A DNA stretch of 63,692 nucleotides, filler included, from a candidate division TA06 bacterium SM23_40 (GTDB lineage: Bacteria; LJUI01; SM1-40): NCBI GenBank assembly GCA_001303705.1. It is 6 parts of 6 records of this genome, joined end to end, with 100 filler letters (N's around TTAATTAATTAA, not from the genome) between each part and the next. Parts side by side here need not be neighbours in the genome. Positions count along the whole stretch, not along the records: positions 13,717 to 22,789 come from LJUI01000184.1; positions 22,890 to 38,233 come from LJUI01000063.1; 4 more parts are not named here. One strand, 5' to 3'. The stretch's first letter is position 1. Every line of letters starts with the position of its first letter. The notes below the pieces were generated by a model that saw nothing but the letters and a program-made list of their open reading frames with translations, was not told the origin of the DNA and did not search any database. Positions 16,227-26,157 of the stretch are shown here, piece by piece. The translations under genes and the position numbers were made by a program.

Positions 16227-16901
16227 ATGCTGAGCACCAGGGTAGTTCCAGGATTGCTTCTCTCCCTGCTCTGCATTTGCCTGTGCATCGCGGGGACCGA
16301 AGCAGGCGAAATGTATTTCTACGCATCAGGCTATGCCAACGGCTATGTGGCCAGCTATGACTCGACCTGGGATGGCGCACGTCAGGCCACGACAGGGGAC
16401 GTGGTGGGGTTCGACTACATCAATGTGGGCGTCGAGAAGGATACTGCTCAGTACATCATCGAGCGAGGCTTCTTGCGATTCGATACAAGTAGACTCCCTG
16501 ACGTGACCATCAACAATGCGGAGGTCCGTCTCTGTGTCTACTACCTCTCGGACTCGATCACGATCTCGGATTCGATCTACACGTGCGGAGGCACCCAGAG
16601 CGATTCGCTGGTGCTGGCTGATTTCAACAACTTCGTTGGCTGGCACAGCGGTAGTAGTGCCTACAACGGGCCCATAGTAGGCCGCTTTGCCTGGGCAGAC
16701 CTGGAGGTAGACAGCTGCATAACGTACACCCTGAGCGCGGCCGCGTACCCGTCGATATATGGGGGCAACCCGAAGGGAGCCTTGTTGACCGATGTCGATT
16801 TCTGTGACAACGAGCCAGCAGTAAGTGACGGAGACTTCGTCAGATTCTACGGTCCTGGCGCTTCCACTTCACAAAAGCCGCGGTTGAAGGTGGAGTGGTG
16901 A
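16227..16901 (+). CDS. Secreted protein with a DNRLRE/CBM96-like beta-sandwich
   Basis: GGAGGGAG SD and signal peptide MLSTRVVPGLLLSLLCICLCIAG; RGFLRFDTS...INNAEVRL...KPRLKVEW pattern. Confidence 0.6.
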   Translation: MLSTRVVPGLLLSLLCICLCIAGTEAGEMYFYASGYANGYVASYDSTWDGARQATTGDVVGFDYINVGVEKDTAQYIIERGFLRFDTSRLPDVTINNAEVRLCVYYLSDSITISDSIYTCGGTQSDSLVLADFNNFVGWHSGSSAYNGPIVGRFAWADLEVDSCITYTLSAAAYPSIYGGNPKGALLTDVDFCDNEPAVSDGDFVRFYGPGASTSQKPRLKVEW

Positions 16902-17099
16902 GACGGGGCAGAGATCCGAAGGGAGACCACGTGATGCGCAATTAGGGGATCTTCGCTCCCTGATCCATAGCTCCTCTCGCCCGACATGCCATAGCATACA
17001 AGGTCCGAGTATTCGCTCTTCTGCTGATTAAGAGAGGGCCGAAGAACTCCCGATAGTCTCCGCGCTGTAGAGGATCCGAGAGGGAGAGGTGGCGTTGAC

Positions 17100-17315
17100 T
17101 TGAAGGGCGTGTTCACAATCGAGTACGGAAGTTATGATGCCGGTGAGTTCGTGCTGAAGGTTGCGGAGAGGGACATAGTTGCAGTTGTCGACGTGCGTCT
17201 GCGTTCTGTGGATCGGCAGCGGCTCTGCATCGGGAGGCCATCGTGGATGGGCCACCCTTTTGTGTTGACCTCTCAGGGGAAGCGTACTATTATGGTGGTG
17301 CACGAGGTCGACTGA
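17100..17315 (+). pseudogene. Degenerate DUF488-like N-terminal fragment
   Basis: VFTIEYG...EFVLKV...IVAVVDVRLRS resembles the DUF488 start (IYTIGY..EF...L.....LVDVR), but similarity ends after about 36 aa. Confidence 0.4.
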
Positions 17316-17349
17316 GCAGCCCTCATTTCCTCGTCCGTGGGTCCATTGC

Positions 17350-17443
17350 GCGCCTGTAGCTCAGCCGGACAGAGCAGCGGATTTCTAATCCGAGCGGATT
17401 TCTAATCCGCCGGTCGGGGGTTCGAGTCCCTCCAGGCGCGCCA
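17350..17443 (+). tRNA. tRNA-Arg (TCT) carrying a 17-nt tandem duplication of the anticodon arm
   Basis: Acceptor GCGCCTG/CAGGCGC-G-CCA, D arm and T loop TTCGAGT are present. AGCGGATTTCTAATCCG occurs twice (17376-17392, 17393-17409); removing one copy gives a canonical 77-nt tRNA. Confidence 0.9.
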
Positions 17444-17814
17444 GCATTTGCTGGGTTTGAGAGGTAGACCGTTTCAGAGGGACGGCTCTGCCTCCTTCTC
17501 TTCTTGGTGCGCCTTGTCGTTTGTGCAGGTCTGCGGAAAGGCTCTCATCTCAGAGCGACTGATCTCTCATGCGGTATGGAAACGTTGGGCCTCTGGGGTA
17601 TCGTCTCGAAACCTCTGGACAGATCCGTGCCGGTCGTCTATTCTGAGTGCTGCCGTGGGTCGGGGATCTCGCCTCGATCGGCCTGCCCTGATCGGCGGAG
17701 TGTAAGCAATCAGTTCGGCCATCTCGAGCCCGGAAACCGGAGGTGGGGCAGGGATATTCTCCAAGCGCTGTAGTCGGGCATAGCCACGACATGTTGCAGA
17801 GAGAGGAGAGAGGG

Positions 17815-19578
17815 ATGAGACCATTGGTGTTCGTGTTGGCGTTGCTGGTGCCCTTGACGGCAGGCGCTCAGATCATCTCGTTCGAACGCACTTATGGTGG
17901 GACAGAATCCGATGCTGGCTATTCGGTCGTGCAGGTTGCCGATGGGGGGTACGTCGTCGCCGGATATACGAAATCGTTCGGGGCGGACTCATCGGACATG
18001 TTGTGCTTCAAGGTTGATGCAGTGGGCGACCCGGTATGGACGCGGCTGTACGCCGCCTCCCTTCAGGAGAGAGCCTTTTCGCTCGCGCAGACAGACGACG
18101 GGGGATTCATACTCGTGGGTCACACAGCCTCGTATACCGCACCCCCCCCGATCTGGGCTGATGTCTATGTGGTCAAGACAAACCAGTGGGGGGACACTCT
18201 TTGGACGTGCACCTACGGCGGGGTGGAGGTCGATGAAGCCCAATCGGTTGCGCAGACGGCTGACGGAGGGTATATCATCGCAGGTAGCACCTTCTCATTC
18301 GGCGCTGGCGGTTACGATGTCTGGCTGATCAAGACCAACTCGAACGGTGACACGGCATGGACGCGTACCTACGGCGGCCCTGACCGCGATAATGGATATT
18401 CAGTTGCTCAGACGGCTGATGGAGGATATCTCATTGCCGGAATGACAGACTCGTTCGGCGCCGGCGGCAATGATGTCTATCTGCTCAGGGCCGACAGCTT
18501 GGGTGACACGCTGTGGACGCGCACCTATGGCGGGATTGGCTCCGATGTCGGGCGGTCGGTCGCACAGACAGGTGATGGAGGATACATCATTGCAGGATCA
18601 ACTTTGTCGTTCGGCGCCGGCGGCACCGACGTCTATCTGGTCAAGACCGACTCGAATGGTGACACAGCGTGGACCCGCACCTTTGGGGCGGGTCTGCACG
18701 ACAGTGGCTATTCGGTGGCTCAGACGGATGATGGGGGGTATATCGTCGCGGGTAACAGCGAATCCTTCGGCGTCGGCAGCAACGATGTCTGGCTGCTCAA
18801 GACCGATTCGAGCGGAGACACGGTCTGGACGCGCACCTACGGGGGGACGGGCTACGATGCTGGCGAATCAGTCGCACAGACGGCTGATGGAGGGTACATC
18901 ATCGCCGGATCGACGCAATCCTTCGGCGCCGGCAGCAACGATGTCTATCTGATCAAGACCGACGCTAATGGGCAGGTCGGGGTGAACCATGCCCCGGATC
19001 TTGTCGATCAGGCGGATACGACAGTTGCCGAGAATCAGTATCTGACATTCACGCTGGAGGCGATTGATCCGGACGGCGATAGCATCTTCTTCTTCTCTCC
19101 CGACCTGCCGGAGGGGGCGGCGCTCAATTCGCTCACCGGTCATTTCTGGTGGACGCCCACCTATGCTCAATCCGGTCTGTATACGGTGACGTTCATCGCG
19201 ACCGACCTGGGGTATCCGGCCCTGTCTGATACGGAGCAGACGGACATTACGGTCACCGATGTTGTGGGGGTGGCAGATGATGAGGATGAGCTTGGCTCAC
19301 TGGCGCAGTATCTTGCGCAGAATCGACCCAACCCGTTCGGGTCGTCGACCACGATCTCCTACTCCCTCAAAAGGCGGGGGCCGGCAAGTGTAGCCGTATA
19401 CGACATCCGCGGCGCCCTCGTGCGTGAGCTCGTAGATGAGACGGTTGCTGCCGGGGTCCATCGAGTGATCTGGGACGGGCGCGACGGTCAGGGAAGAGAG
19501 GTCGGCTCAGGCATCTACTTCTGTCGGCTCGAAGCCGGTGCGTTTACTGAAACGAGACGGATGGTCTTGTTGCACTGA
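17815..19578 (+). CDS. Secreted 7-repeat beta-propeller protein with an Ig-like domain and a FlgD-Ig/T9SS-like C-terminal domain
   Basis: Signal peptide; seven ~52-aa WTRTYGG...SVAQTADGGYIIAG...VYLIKTD repeats; NHAP...AIDPDGD Ig domain; QNRPNPF...YDIRG...WDGRD...SGIYFCRL...RRMVLLH. Confidence 0.88.
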   Translation: MRPLVFVLALLVPLTAGAQIISFERTYGGTESDAGYSVVQVADGGYVVAGYTKSFGADSSDMLCFKVDAVGDPVWTRLYAASLQERAFSLAQTDDGGFILVGHTASYTAPPPIWADVYVVKTNQWGDTLWTCTYGGVEVDEAQSVAQTADGGYIIAGSTFSFGAGGYDVWLIKTNSNGDTAWTRTYGGPDRDNGYSVAQTADGGYLIAGMTDSFGAGGNDVYLLRADSLGDTLWTRTYGGIGSDVGRSVAQTGDGGYIIAGSTLSFGAGGTDVYLVKTDSNGDTAWTRTFGAGLHDSGYSVAQTDDGGYIVAGNSESFGVGSNDVWLLKTDSSGDTVWTRTYGGTGYDAGESVAQTADGGYIIAGSTQSFGAGSNDVYLIKTDANGQVGVNHAPDLVDQADTTVAENQYLTFTLEAIDPDGDSIFFFSPDLPEGAALNSLTGHFWWTPTYAQSGLYTVTFIATDLGYPALSDTEQTDITVTDVVGVADDEDELGSLAQYLAQNRPNPFGSSTTISYSLKRRGPASVAVYDIRGALVRELVDETVAAGVHRVIWDGRDGQGREVGSGIYFCRLEAGAFTETRRMVLLH

Positions 19579-19628
19579 TGCGAATGAGGTCGCTCCGCAA
19601 GACGAGACGGATGGTGCTGTTGCGCTAA
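19552..19628 (+). repeat. Direct repeat of the gene's last 27 nt at 50-nt period, within small ORF 19578-19628 (MRMRSLRKTRRMVLLR)
   Basis: ACGAGACGGATGGTCTTGTTGCACTGA, 23-nt spacer, ACGAGACGGATGGTGCTGTTGCGCTAA. Confidence 0.85.
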
Positions 19629-19684
19629 TGTCATTTGACCCTATGAGGCAGCAGGCAGAACGGATTCCGCAGGGAGGAGAGACT

Positions 19685-20985
19685 ATGAGAGCGCTGACAC
19701 TTCTGCTGGTTCTGCTGGTTCCGCTGACGGCGAGCGCCCAGATCACATTTGAGCGCACGTATGGGGGACCCTGGAAGGACAAGGGCTATTCGGTCACGCA
19801 GACTGATGGGGTATATGTTGTCGCTGGACACACCTATTCCTTTGGCCCAGGCGGCTCTGCCGTCTGTCTGATCAGGACTGATGCATGGGGCGACGCGTTG
19901 TGGACGCGTACCTACGGCGGCTCAGGTCATGATTGTGGCTATTCGGTTGAGCAGACGAATGATGGAGGATACGTCATCGGTGGGTACACCAGTTCGTTCG
20001 GCGCAGGCAGCTATGATGCATATCTGGTCAAGACAGATGCAACGGGCGACACGGTCTGGACGCGCACCTATGGCGGTTCGGGCGAGGAGTACGGTGAATC
20101 AGTCAAGCAGACGGGTGATGGTGGGTACGTGATTGCCGGGCACACCGACTCCTTCGGGGCAGGCAACGACGATGTGTATCTGATCAAGACAGACGCGACG
20201 GGGGACACGGTCTGGACGCGCACCTACGGCGGGTCAGACGATGATTATGGGTATTCGGTTCAGCAGACAGGCGATGGTGGCTACATCATCGCCGGATACT
20301 CCGCATCCTTTGCCCCGAACAACGAACTTGTCTACCTTATCAGGACTGATGCATTGGGCGACACGTTGTGGACGCGCACGTACGGCGGGCTAGGCGAGGA
20401 TCACGGGTATTCGGTTGAGCAGACGGGCGATGGCGGCTACGTCATAGCTGGATACACCGAGTCTTTCGGCGGAGACGGCGAGGTCTATCTGATCAGGACT
20501 GATGCATTGGGCGACACGTTGTGGACGCGCATTTATGGTGGGTCGTATGTGGATGAGGGATTTTCGGTTGGTCAGACGACTGATGGTGGGTACATCATTG
20601 CCGGATCCAACGAATCGGTCCTCACGGGCAATATCGAGGTCTACTTGATCAAGACGGATGCTGATGGATATGTGCAGATCGGCGGGGATTCTTATGAGAT
20701 CGGCCTGAGTACCAGTACCTTGCCCAAAACCATCCTAATCCGTTTGGCTCGGTCACAACGATAGCCTACTCGCTGGCAGGTCCGACAAAGGTCAGGGTGG
20801 CCGTGTACGACATCCAGGGTGCTCGTGTGCGAGAATTGGCATCCCGTGCCGCCTCCGCTGGTTTGCATCAGGTGGTATGGGACGGGCGAGACGGTCGTGG
20901 GATAGAGGTAGGCTCCGGCATCTACTTCTGCCGACTGGAGGCCGGCGAGTTCACCGAGACGAGACGGATGGTGTTATTGCGCTGA
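19685..20985 (+). pseudogene. Paralogous 6-repeat beta-propeller protein with FlgD-Ig/T9SS-like CTD, frameshifted near 20690-20712
   Basis: GGAGGAG SD and signal peptide, then six WTRTYGG repeats. The CTD (QYLAQNHPNPFGSVTTIAYSL...VYDIQG...RRMVLLR) is in the -1 frame. Confidence 0.8.
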
Positions 20986-21035
20986 TGTGAATGAGGTCGC
21001 TCCGCGAGACGAGACGGATGATTCTATTGCGATAA
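20959..21035 (+). repeat. Second copy of the C-terminal repeat unit, with small ORF 20991-21035 (MRSLRETRRMILLR)
   Basis: ACGAGACGGATGGTGTTATTGCGCTGA, 23-nt spacer, ACGAGACGGATGATTCTATTGCGATAA. Confidence 0.85.
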
Positions 21036-21458
21036 TTTCCCCTCTTTCGTGCGGGAAGCTGCCACGGAGACGGGGTGAGATTTCAATCATCGATGTGGCT
21101 GGTGCTCTTCGACTGGATATGCGAAGAGCACCTCGTCTTCCTTCGAGAGCATTCTCGTGCTGGTCAAACGGGTCGAACGTTCCCAGAAACCACTCGACAA
21201 TTCCATTCATTCAGTGTAGTCTGTCTGAAGTCACGATACGCTGATGGACACTGCCAGGGACGTACCTAGGTTTTGAAGGTTATTGGGATAATAGGAATGT
21301 ACCGAGGCTCGCTGGTGTGCGGAAGAAGGATGGAGGGCTGGATGTCAGTACTGTCGGAGCGAAGGGTCAGCATTACTTTCTTGAGAGATGCACGCTCGGG
21401 GCGCCTCCGGTCAGACGGTGGCAGGGTGGCAATCGAGAGCCAGAGGAGGGAGCGACAA

Positions 21459-22789
21459 ATGAGGAGCGTTATTGGGAAGTTTGTGGCGCTGGCCTCACTT
21501 GGTCTGCTGGCGCTCGCTCTCGCAGGCTGCACGAGTGGAGCGAAGCTGCGCAGGGCTGAGGTCGCGGAGAGGATGGCGGAAGGTGATCTCGACAAGACGT
21601 TCTCCATCAGTGTCGATCCTCGGATGGAGCTTCTGGGAGTCGTTCAGCATTTCACTTCCTGGGCACCAGGAGGGCACATCAAGAGCGAGACAGCGTACAA
21701 GAGCGATATCGACGACTATTTCGGGGAGTTCAGGAATCACCGGGCCGTGGCCTGTGTGGAGAGCCTTGTCGCGGCCGGTTTCACGCATGATGCACCTGTT
21801 CGATTCATGCTCCATCATCACGATCCGCCTGAGTTCGTGCAGCACACTCCCTACTCGGAGTACCTGGTGAACAGAGCAGGGGGCGAGGAGATCTTGACCG
21901 AGCTGGCTGATGCGCTCAGGGATTTCGCCCGCCAGACGAACTTCATGGCCTTCTACCGTTCACATGCGCCCCTGTACGACATCCACGTGGCGGAAGTGGA
22001 AGCACTACTCAGCGAGAAAGACTACGTGCAAGCCCTGGAAGATTTCTTTGGTGAGTCGGCGATTGGCTATCACGTGATCCTCCCGCCCCTGTTTGCAGGG
22101 GGGTACGGGCCAGCGATCAGGAGGGAGAAAGGCTGGGATCTGTACGCCGTGATCGGCCCCTGTGCTCTCAGAGGCGAACGTGTCACCTTTGCCTGTCTCG
22201 GCTACCTGGAGAGCATAATGCTTCACGAGTGGAGCCACTCTTTCGTCAATCCACTGGTCGATCAGAACTACGACCTGTTCAGCAAATCTGAGGGATTGTA
22301 CGATCCCATTCGCGGGATGATGACGAGTCAGGCCTATCCCACCTGGAGGATTGCACTGTACGAGCATGTGGTGCGGGCTTCTGAGATCAACATCAGAGCC
22401 ACCCTGTACGATGGCTTCGACAAGAATGTGTCACTTCAGGTCCAGGAAGGCAAAGGGTTCTGGTATGTCAGCTACATCGACAGCCTGCTGGATCTATATC
22501 AGATCCACCGGGAGGACTACCCGACCTTCGCTGAGTTCATGCCTCTTATCGCCGCTGGGCTAGGCGAACTCTCGGTCGATGAGCTACCGGAGAGGATAAC
22601 TGCCTTTGCGGGGCCCTTGAGCGGTGTCTTTCCGCGTGCGCGGTGTATCTATCTCGTCCGTCCTACGGCTGTCGATGAGGAACTCGTCGGCGGGATCGGT
22701 GGAGAGCTGGAGGGCTTCACGCACTTCCTCGCTTCTTTTCAGATGGAGTCCCACATTGTGAGCGATACCGAAGCCCTGGACATGAACTG
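21459..22789 (+). CDS. DUF4932-like lipoprotein with an HExxH motif (putative metallopeptidase), 3'-truncated
   Basis: Lipobox LAG-C; VDPRMELLGVV; MLHEWSHSFVNP; a distal EHVVRA. Confidence 0.7.
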
Positions 22790-22889
22790 NNNNNNNNNNN
22801 NNNNNNNNNNNNNNNNNNNNNNNNNNNNNNNNNTTAATTAATTAANNNNNNNNNNNNNNNNNNNNNNNNNNNNNNNNNNNNNNNNNNNN
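22790..22889. other. Artificial contig linker
   Basis: N-run/TTAATTAATTAA/N-run. Confidence 0.99.
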
Positions 22890-23768
22890 TTGATGTCGGT
22901 CGCAGACGGTGAAGAGCCGATCACCGAGAGCGGCGTCACCACAACATCCCACCCCTTCCGCCGCTTCCACTCCGCAAGCGGCGCGATCTCCTCAATGAAC
23001 TGATCATGCGTGATGATGAGATAGCTCCCCCGCTCGACCCCGTCTACCCCCCGGCCCAGCTCATCATAGTTGAGCACAAGACTCCGATACAGCTCCTCGA
23101 ACGAAGCCGACGGACGACGACGCATCATCCCCTTCTCGTTCGTACCATCATCGGTGAAGACCACCTCGACTTCCACGTTCTGGTATACATGGAGCTCGCG
23201 GCGCACCGGGTTGTAGCGAAGCGGATAGATCACCAGCTGCGCCAGCCGAAGATCCCGCATGATCGCAGGCTCACCAAGCGACGCAACCGACGGCGGATAG
23301 AACGCATCACGCTCATACACCTCGGGGTCCCAATACGGGTCCTCGGCAGCACAGCCATCGATCGCCCACGGCGCCACCGGAGGGATGTCCACTCCCTCGA
23401 AGACGAGCGAATCGATCGAGCTGACGCGTACCTCGGCTCCGCTCGGCTCCGCCCCCTCCGGGAATCGCAACCAGTCGCGTGATCGCCGGCAGCGAGGGAT
23501 ACCCCACCTCGTCCGTCTCTATCCCGCCGGGAATCGTGAACTGCTGGTACACCTCTCCCCCGATCTCGACCTCGCTCCGCTCGATCCCGGGAAGCGAGAT
23601 GGCCACGTCCATCCCTCCCCGATCCATCTCCTTGACTGCAAGCTGCGGCTCGCCCTGCTCCGCCTCCGGCGCCACAGCGACCCATGCGCCCTCAGCGCCG
23701 ATGACCAGAGAGAAGGCGGCCAGCACCACGCAGCATGCCGCTGTTTGCCCTGCTCCCCTCGCTGCCAT
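22890..23768 (-). pseudogene. Gingipain-like peptidase C25 (signal, propeptide and start of catalytic domain); frameshifted by a 10-bp duplication and 3'-truncated
   Basis: GYPSLPAITRLVAIP (propeptide), then in another frame YPLRYNPV...YLIIT...LAEWKRRKG. CTCGGCTCCG occurs twice at 23432-23451, exactly at the frame switch. Confidence 0.82.
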
Positions 23769-23991
23769 TTTCTCCCTCTCCTTCATGCATGGATGCGGAG
23801 CTCGTTTCCGCTCAGTCCACATCCACTCTACCGTGCACGCCTGACATACAATCGATCGCCAACTGCCCCTCTGGACCCGCCCGGCCGCCCGCCACCGGAG
23901 CTTCGCTACCGACGTAAGTCTCGTCTCTTGCGTATGATCGCCTCTTACCCACATAAACAGCATCTACTCCCCGGGCGTTCCCTCCCTGGCC

Positions 23992-24974
23992 CTACCGGCC
24001 GAAGATCACAAGACCCCAATCGCGATCCGCCACGTACACATACCCGTTCGCGGCAGCCACGCCGTCTGCGTGAGGAGTATGGAGCGCATCGATCAGCCGC
24101 GGGTCAGAAGGTGAGCCGACATCGATTATCTGGAGGCCGCCATTCCCGTCGGCAACACAGACGGTATCGCCCGCCAGAGCCACTGACCAGGCATATCCCG
24201 GGGTATTGTACGAGCCGACTATGCATGCCAGCGAATCCATAGCTCCCGGGTCGGTAATATCGATGATCTGGAGCCCGGAGTAGCCGTCGGCAATGTACGC
24301 ATAGTCCCCGGCGACTGCGACGCTTCTCGCGTTTCCGGGCGTGTCGCAGATGCCCACGATCTCGGGTTGCCACAGAACACTCATGCCGAGGACACCCAGT
24401 CCCCACTGCCCGTTTGCCACATAGAGCATGTCGTCCCGCACACAGACCCCCCTCACATAGCCGGGTAGATCGCGGAACTGCGCCATCAGATCGGGGACGC
24501 CCCGCACCGAGACATCCCACAGGTACAGACCCCCATCGCGCTCGGCGATCGCCAGATAGAGAAGTGAATCCGCGGGCTGCCAACCATCGATGTCCGAGGA
24601 GTACGTCCCGAACAACGTCGTCAGGCGCACGAGGCTATCGGGATCCGCCACATCGATCCAGTCGATCCCTCCCGATCCCCTGGCGACGAACGCATTGCTT
24701 CGGGGGACGTCACGTCGATCACCCGCAGGCCGCCCTCACTGTCCGCGACATATGCCAATCCTCCCTCTATGTAGACATCCTTGGCATATCCGGGCGTCGC
24801 CACGGTGCTGACGATACGGAAGACGTGATTCTCACTCCCCGCTACCGGCCCTTCCCTCCTCCCACACCCACATATGAAGATCACACATGAGAGCACGAGA
24901 ACGAGAGAGAACCGGCGGACGGAGGCCAGACACCAGCGGCTGCCTGAGCGCCTCCCTTCACGGAACAAGAACAT
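23992..24974 (-). pseudogene. LVIVD-repeat beta-propeller lipoprotein, frameshifted by an apparent internal deletion near 24695
   Basis: Lipobox ICG-C; TPGYA..V...AYVAD...GL.IID repeats are split over two frames, with roughly half a repeat missing at the junction. Confidence 0.75.
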
Positions 24975-26157
24975 ATGCAAACCCCAGTTCGAAGACACCC
25001 TTTGTGTAGTCCTTCTCTTCGACGATCAGATCTCGCATCGGCGAATCCACCTCTCTCGCCGCGAACCCATACCTTCCCGATAGCTCGAAGCTCCGGTTCA
25101 CACCCCAGACGAGCTCGAGGTCGAGCTGTCTGTCCCGATCGACCCGCTCGAAGTGAAATGGATCCTCGTCTACTCCTTTGTCGGATGTGAACGTCTTCTT
25201 CCGGTACTCGAGCAGGCACGACATAGCCAGCGGGATCTGCACGAGGTCGTCCAGATCGATCCTCAAGCCTCCCCAGTAGCTGTCGCGCTCAAACGAGGCG
25301 TCGACATCATCCGAGGTGGAACGGGTCTCCCCCTCGTTGTCGTACCCCTGCGCATCCGCATTCTCAAATCGATATCCGCCCTCAACGGTGAACCACCTCG
25401 CCGCAGCCAGCGAAGCGTCGATGTCCCAGAGCAGGACGTCGGTATCATACTCACCGAAATCTGCGTTGTAGTCCTCAGACCTCCACCCGAGCGCCGCCTT
25501 GGCCGCGATTTTCCAGCGCCGATCCATCCGCCACTCGCCGTAGTAGTAGTCACTCGAGAAGTCGAACGCGCGGTACCTCGACACATCAGAGGACGATGAG
25601 ATGTCTACATCGGGAAGATGTCGAATATAGTAGTGCGGCACGTAGTAGTATCCCAGCCGCAGCCGGTGGCCCCGCAACACCTCCTGTTCACCCCATACCA
25701 AGAGATTCTCTCGATCGATGATCGGATTGTTCGAATAGTGATGCTGTCGATACCGAACGCCCGCCCGGGTCATCCTCGTGCCCATCAGTCTCGCCTGATA
25801 CCGGCACCGCATGCCGAGGGTGACCATGAGGTCGTCATACGTGGAGATGTGGTACCGATCCCAGCCCACGCCGTCCACGAACTCCTGCACATCGGCATCT
25901 GATAGGCGGAGAATATTGCTGTCGTAGGAGAGGCTGCCGAACACTTCGATTCGCCACGGGTTTCTCTGAGACCCGCTCCCGGGACGCATCTCCTGTGCTG
26001 TCGCTGCGGGAAGAGCAAACCCGATGCTGACGAACCAGAGGCACAGAATAGAGATCCGACTGAGGGTACGAATGGATTGCACTGAATGCGCTGCCCGGTG
26101 ACACTGCTCCTGAATGCGGCTCTTCCGCCCTCTCGGTGCCTGATGCGCGTCTATCAC
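24958..26157 (-). CDS. Putative outer-membrane beta-barrel protein (start may be further downstream)
   Basis: Signal-like hydrophobic stretch, GSLSYDSNIL first strand, many alternating aromatic beta strands, C-terminal ELGFAY. Confidence 0.7.
   Translation of the reverse strand: MIDAHQAPRGRKSRIQEQCHRAAHSVQSIRTLSRISILCLWFVSIGFALPAATAQEMRPGSGSQRNPWRIEVFGSLSYDSNILRLSDADVQEFVDGVGWDRYHISTYDDLMVTLGMRCRYQARLMGTRMTRAGVRYRQHHYSNNPIIDRENLLVWGEQEVLRGHRLRLGYYYVPHYYIRHLPDVDISSSSDVSRYRAFDFSSDYYYGEWRMDRRWKIAAKAALGWRSEDYNADFGEYDTDVLLWDIDASLAAARWFTVEGGYRFENADAQGYDNEGETRSTSDDVDASFERDSYWGGLRIDLDDLVQIPLAMSCLLEYRKKTFTSDKGVDEDPFHFERVDRDRQLDLELVWGVNRSFELSGRYGFAAREVDSPMRDLIVEEKDYTKGVFELGFAYVLVP

Noticed and set aside
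17382-17405. Idea that the duplicated tRNA is an amber (CUA) suppressor explaining the internal TAGs
   Set aside because: In the 7-nt loop TTTCTAA the anticodon positions read TCT and CTA is off by one. Removing the duplicate restores plain tRNA-Arg, and the ambers are on Trp-like sites.
19552-21035. CRISPR or DGR interpretation of the 27-nt repeats
   Set aside because: There are only two pairs, the spacers are nearly identical, the differences are not adenine-specific, and no cas or reverse transcriptase gene is in the window.
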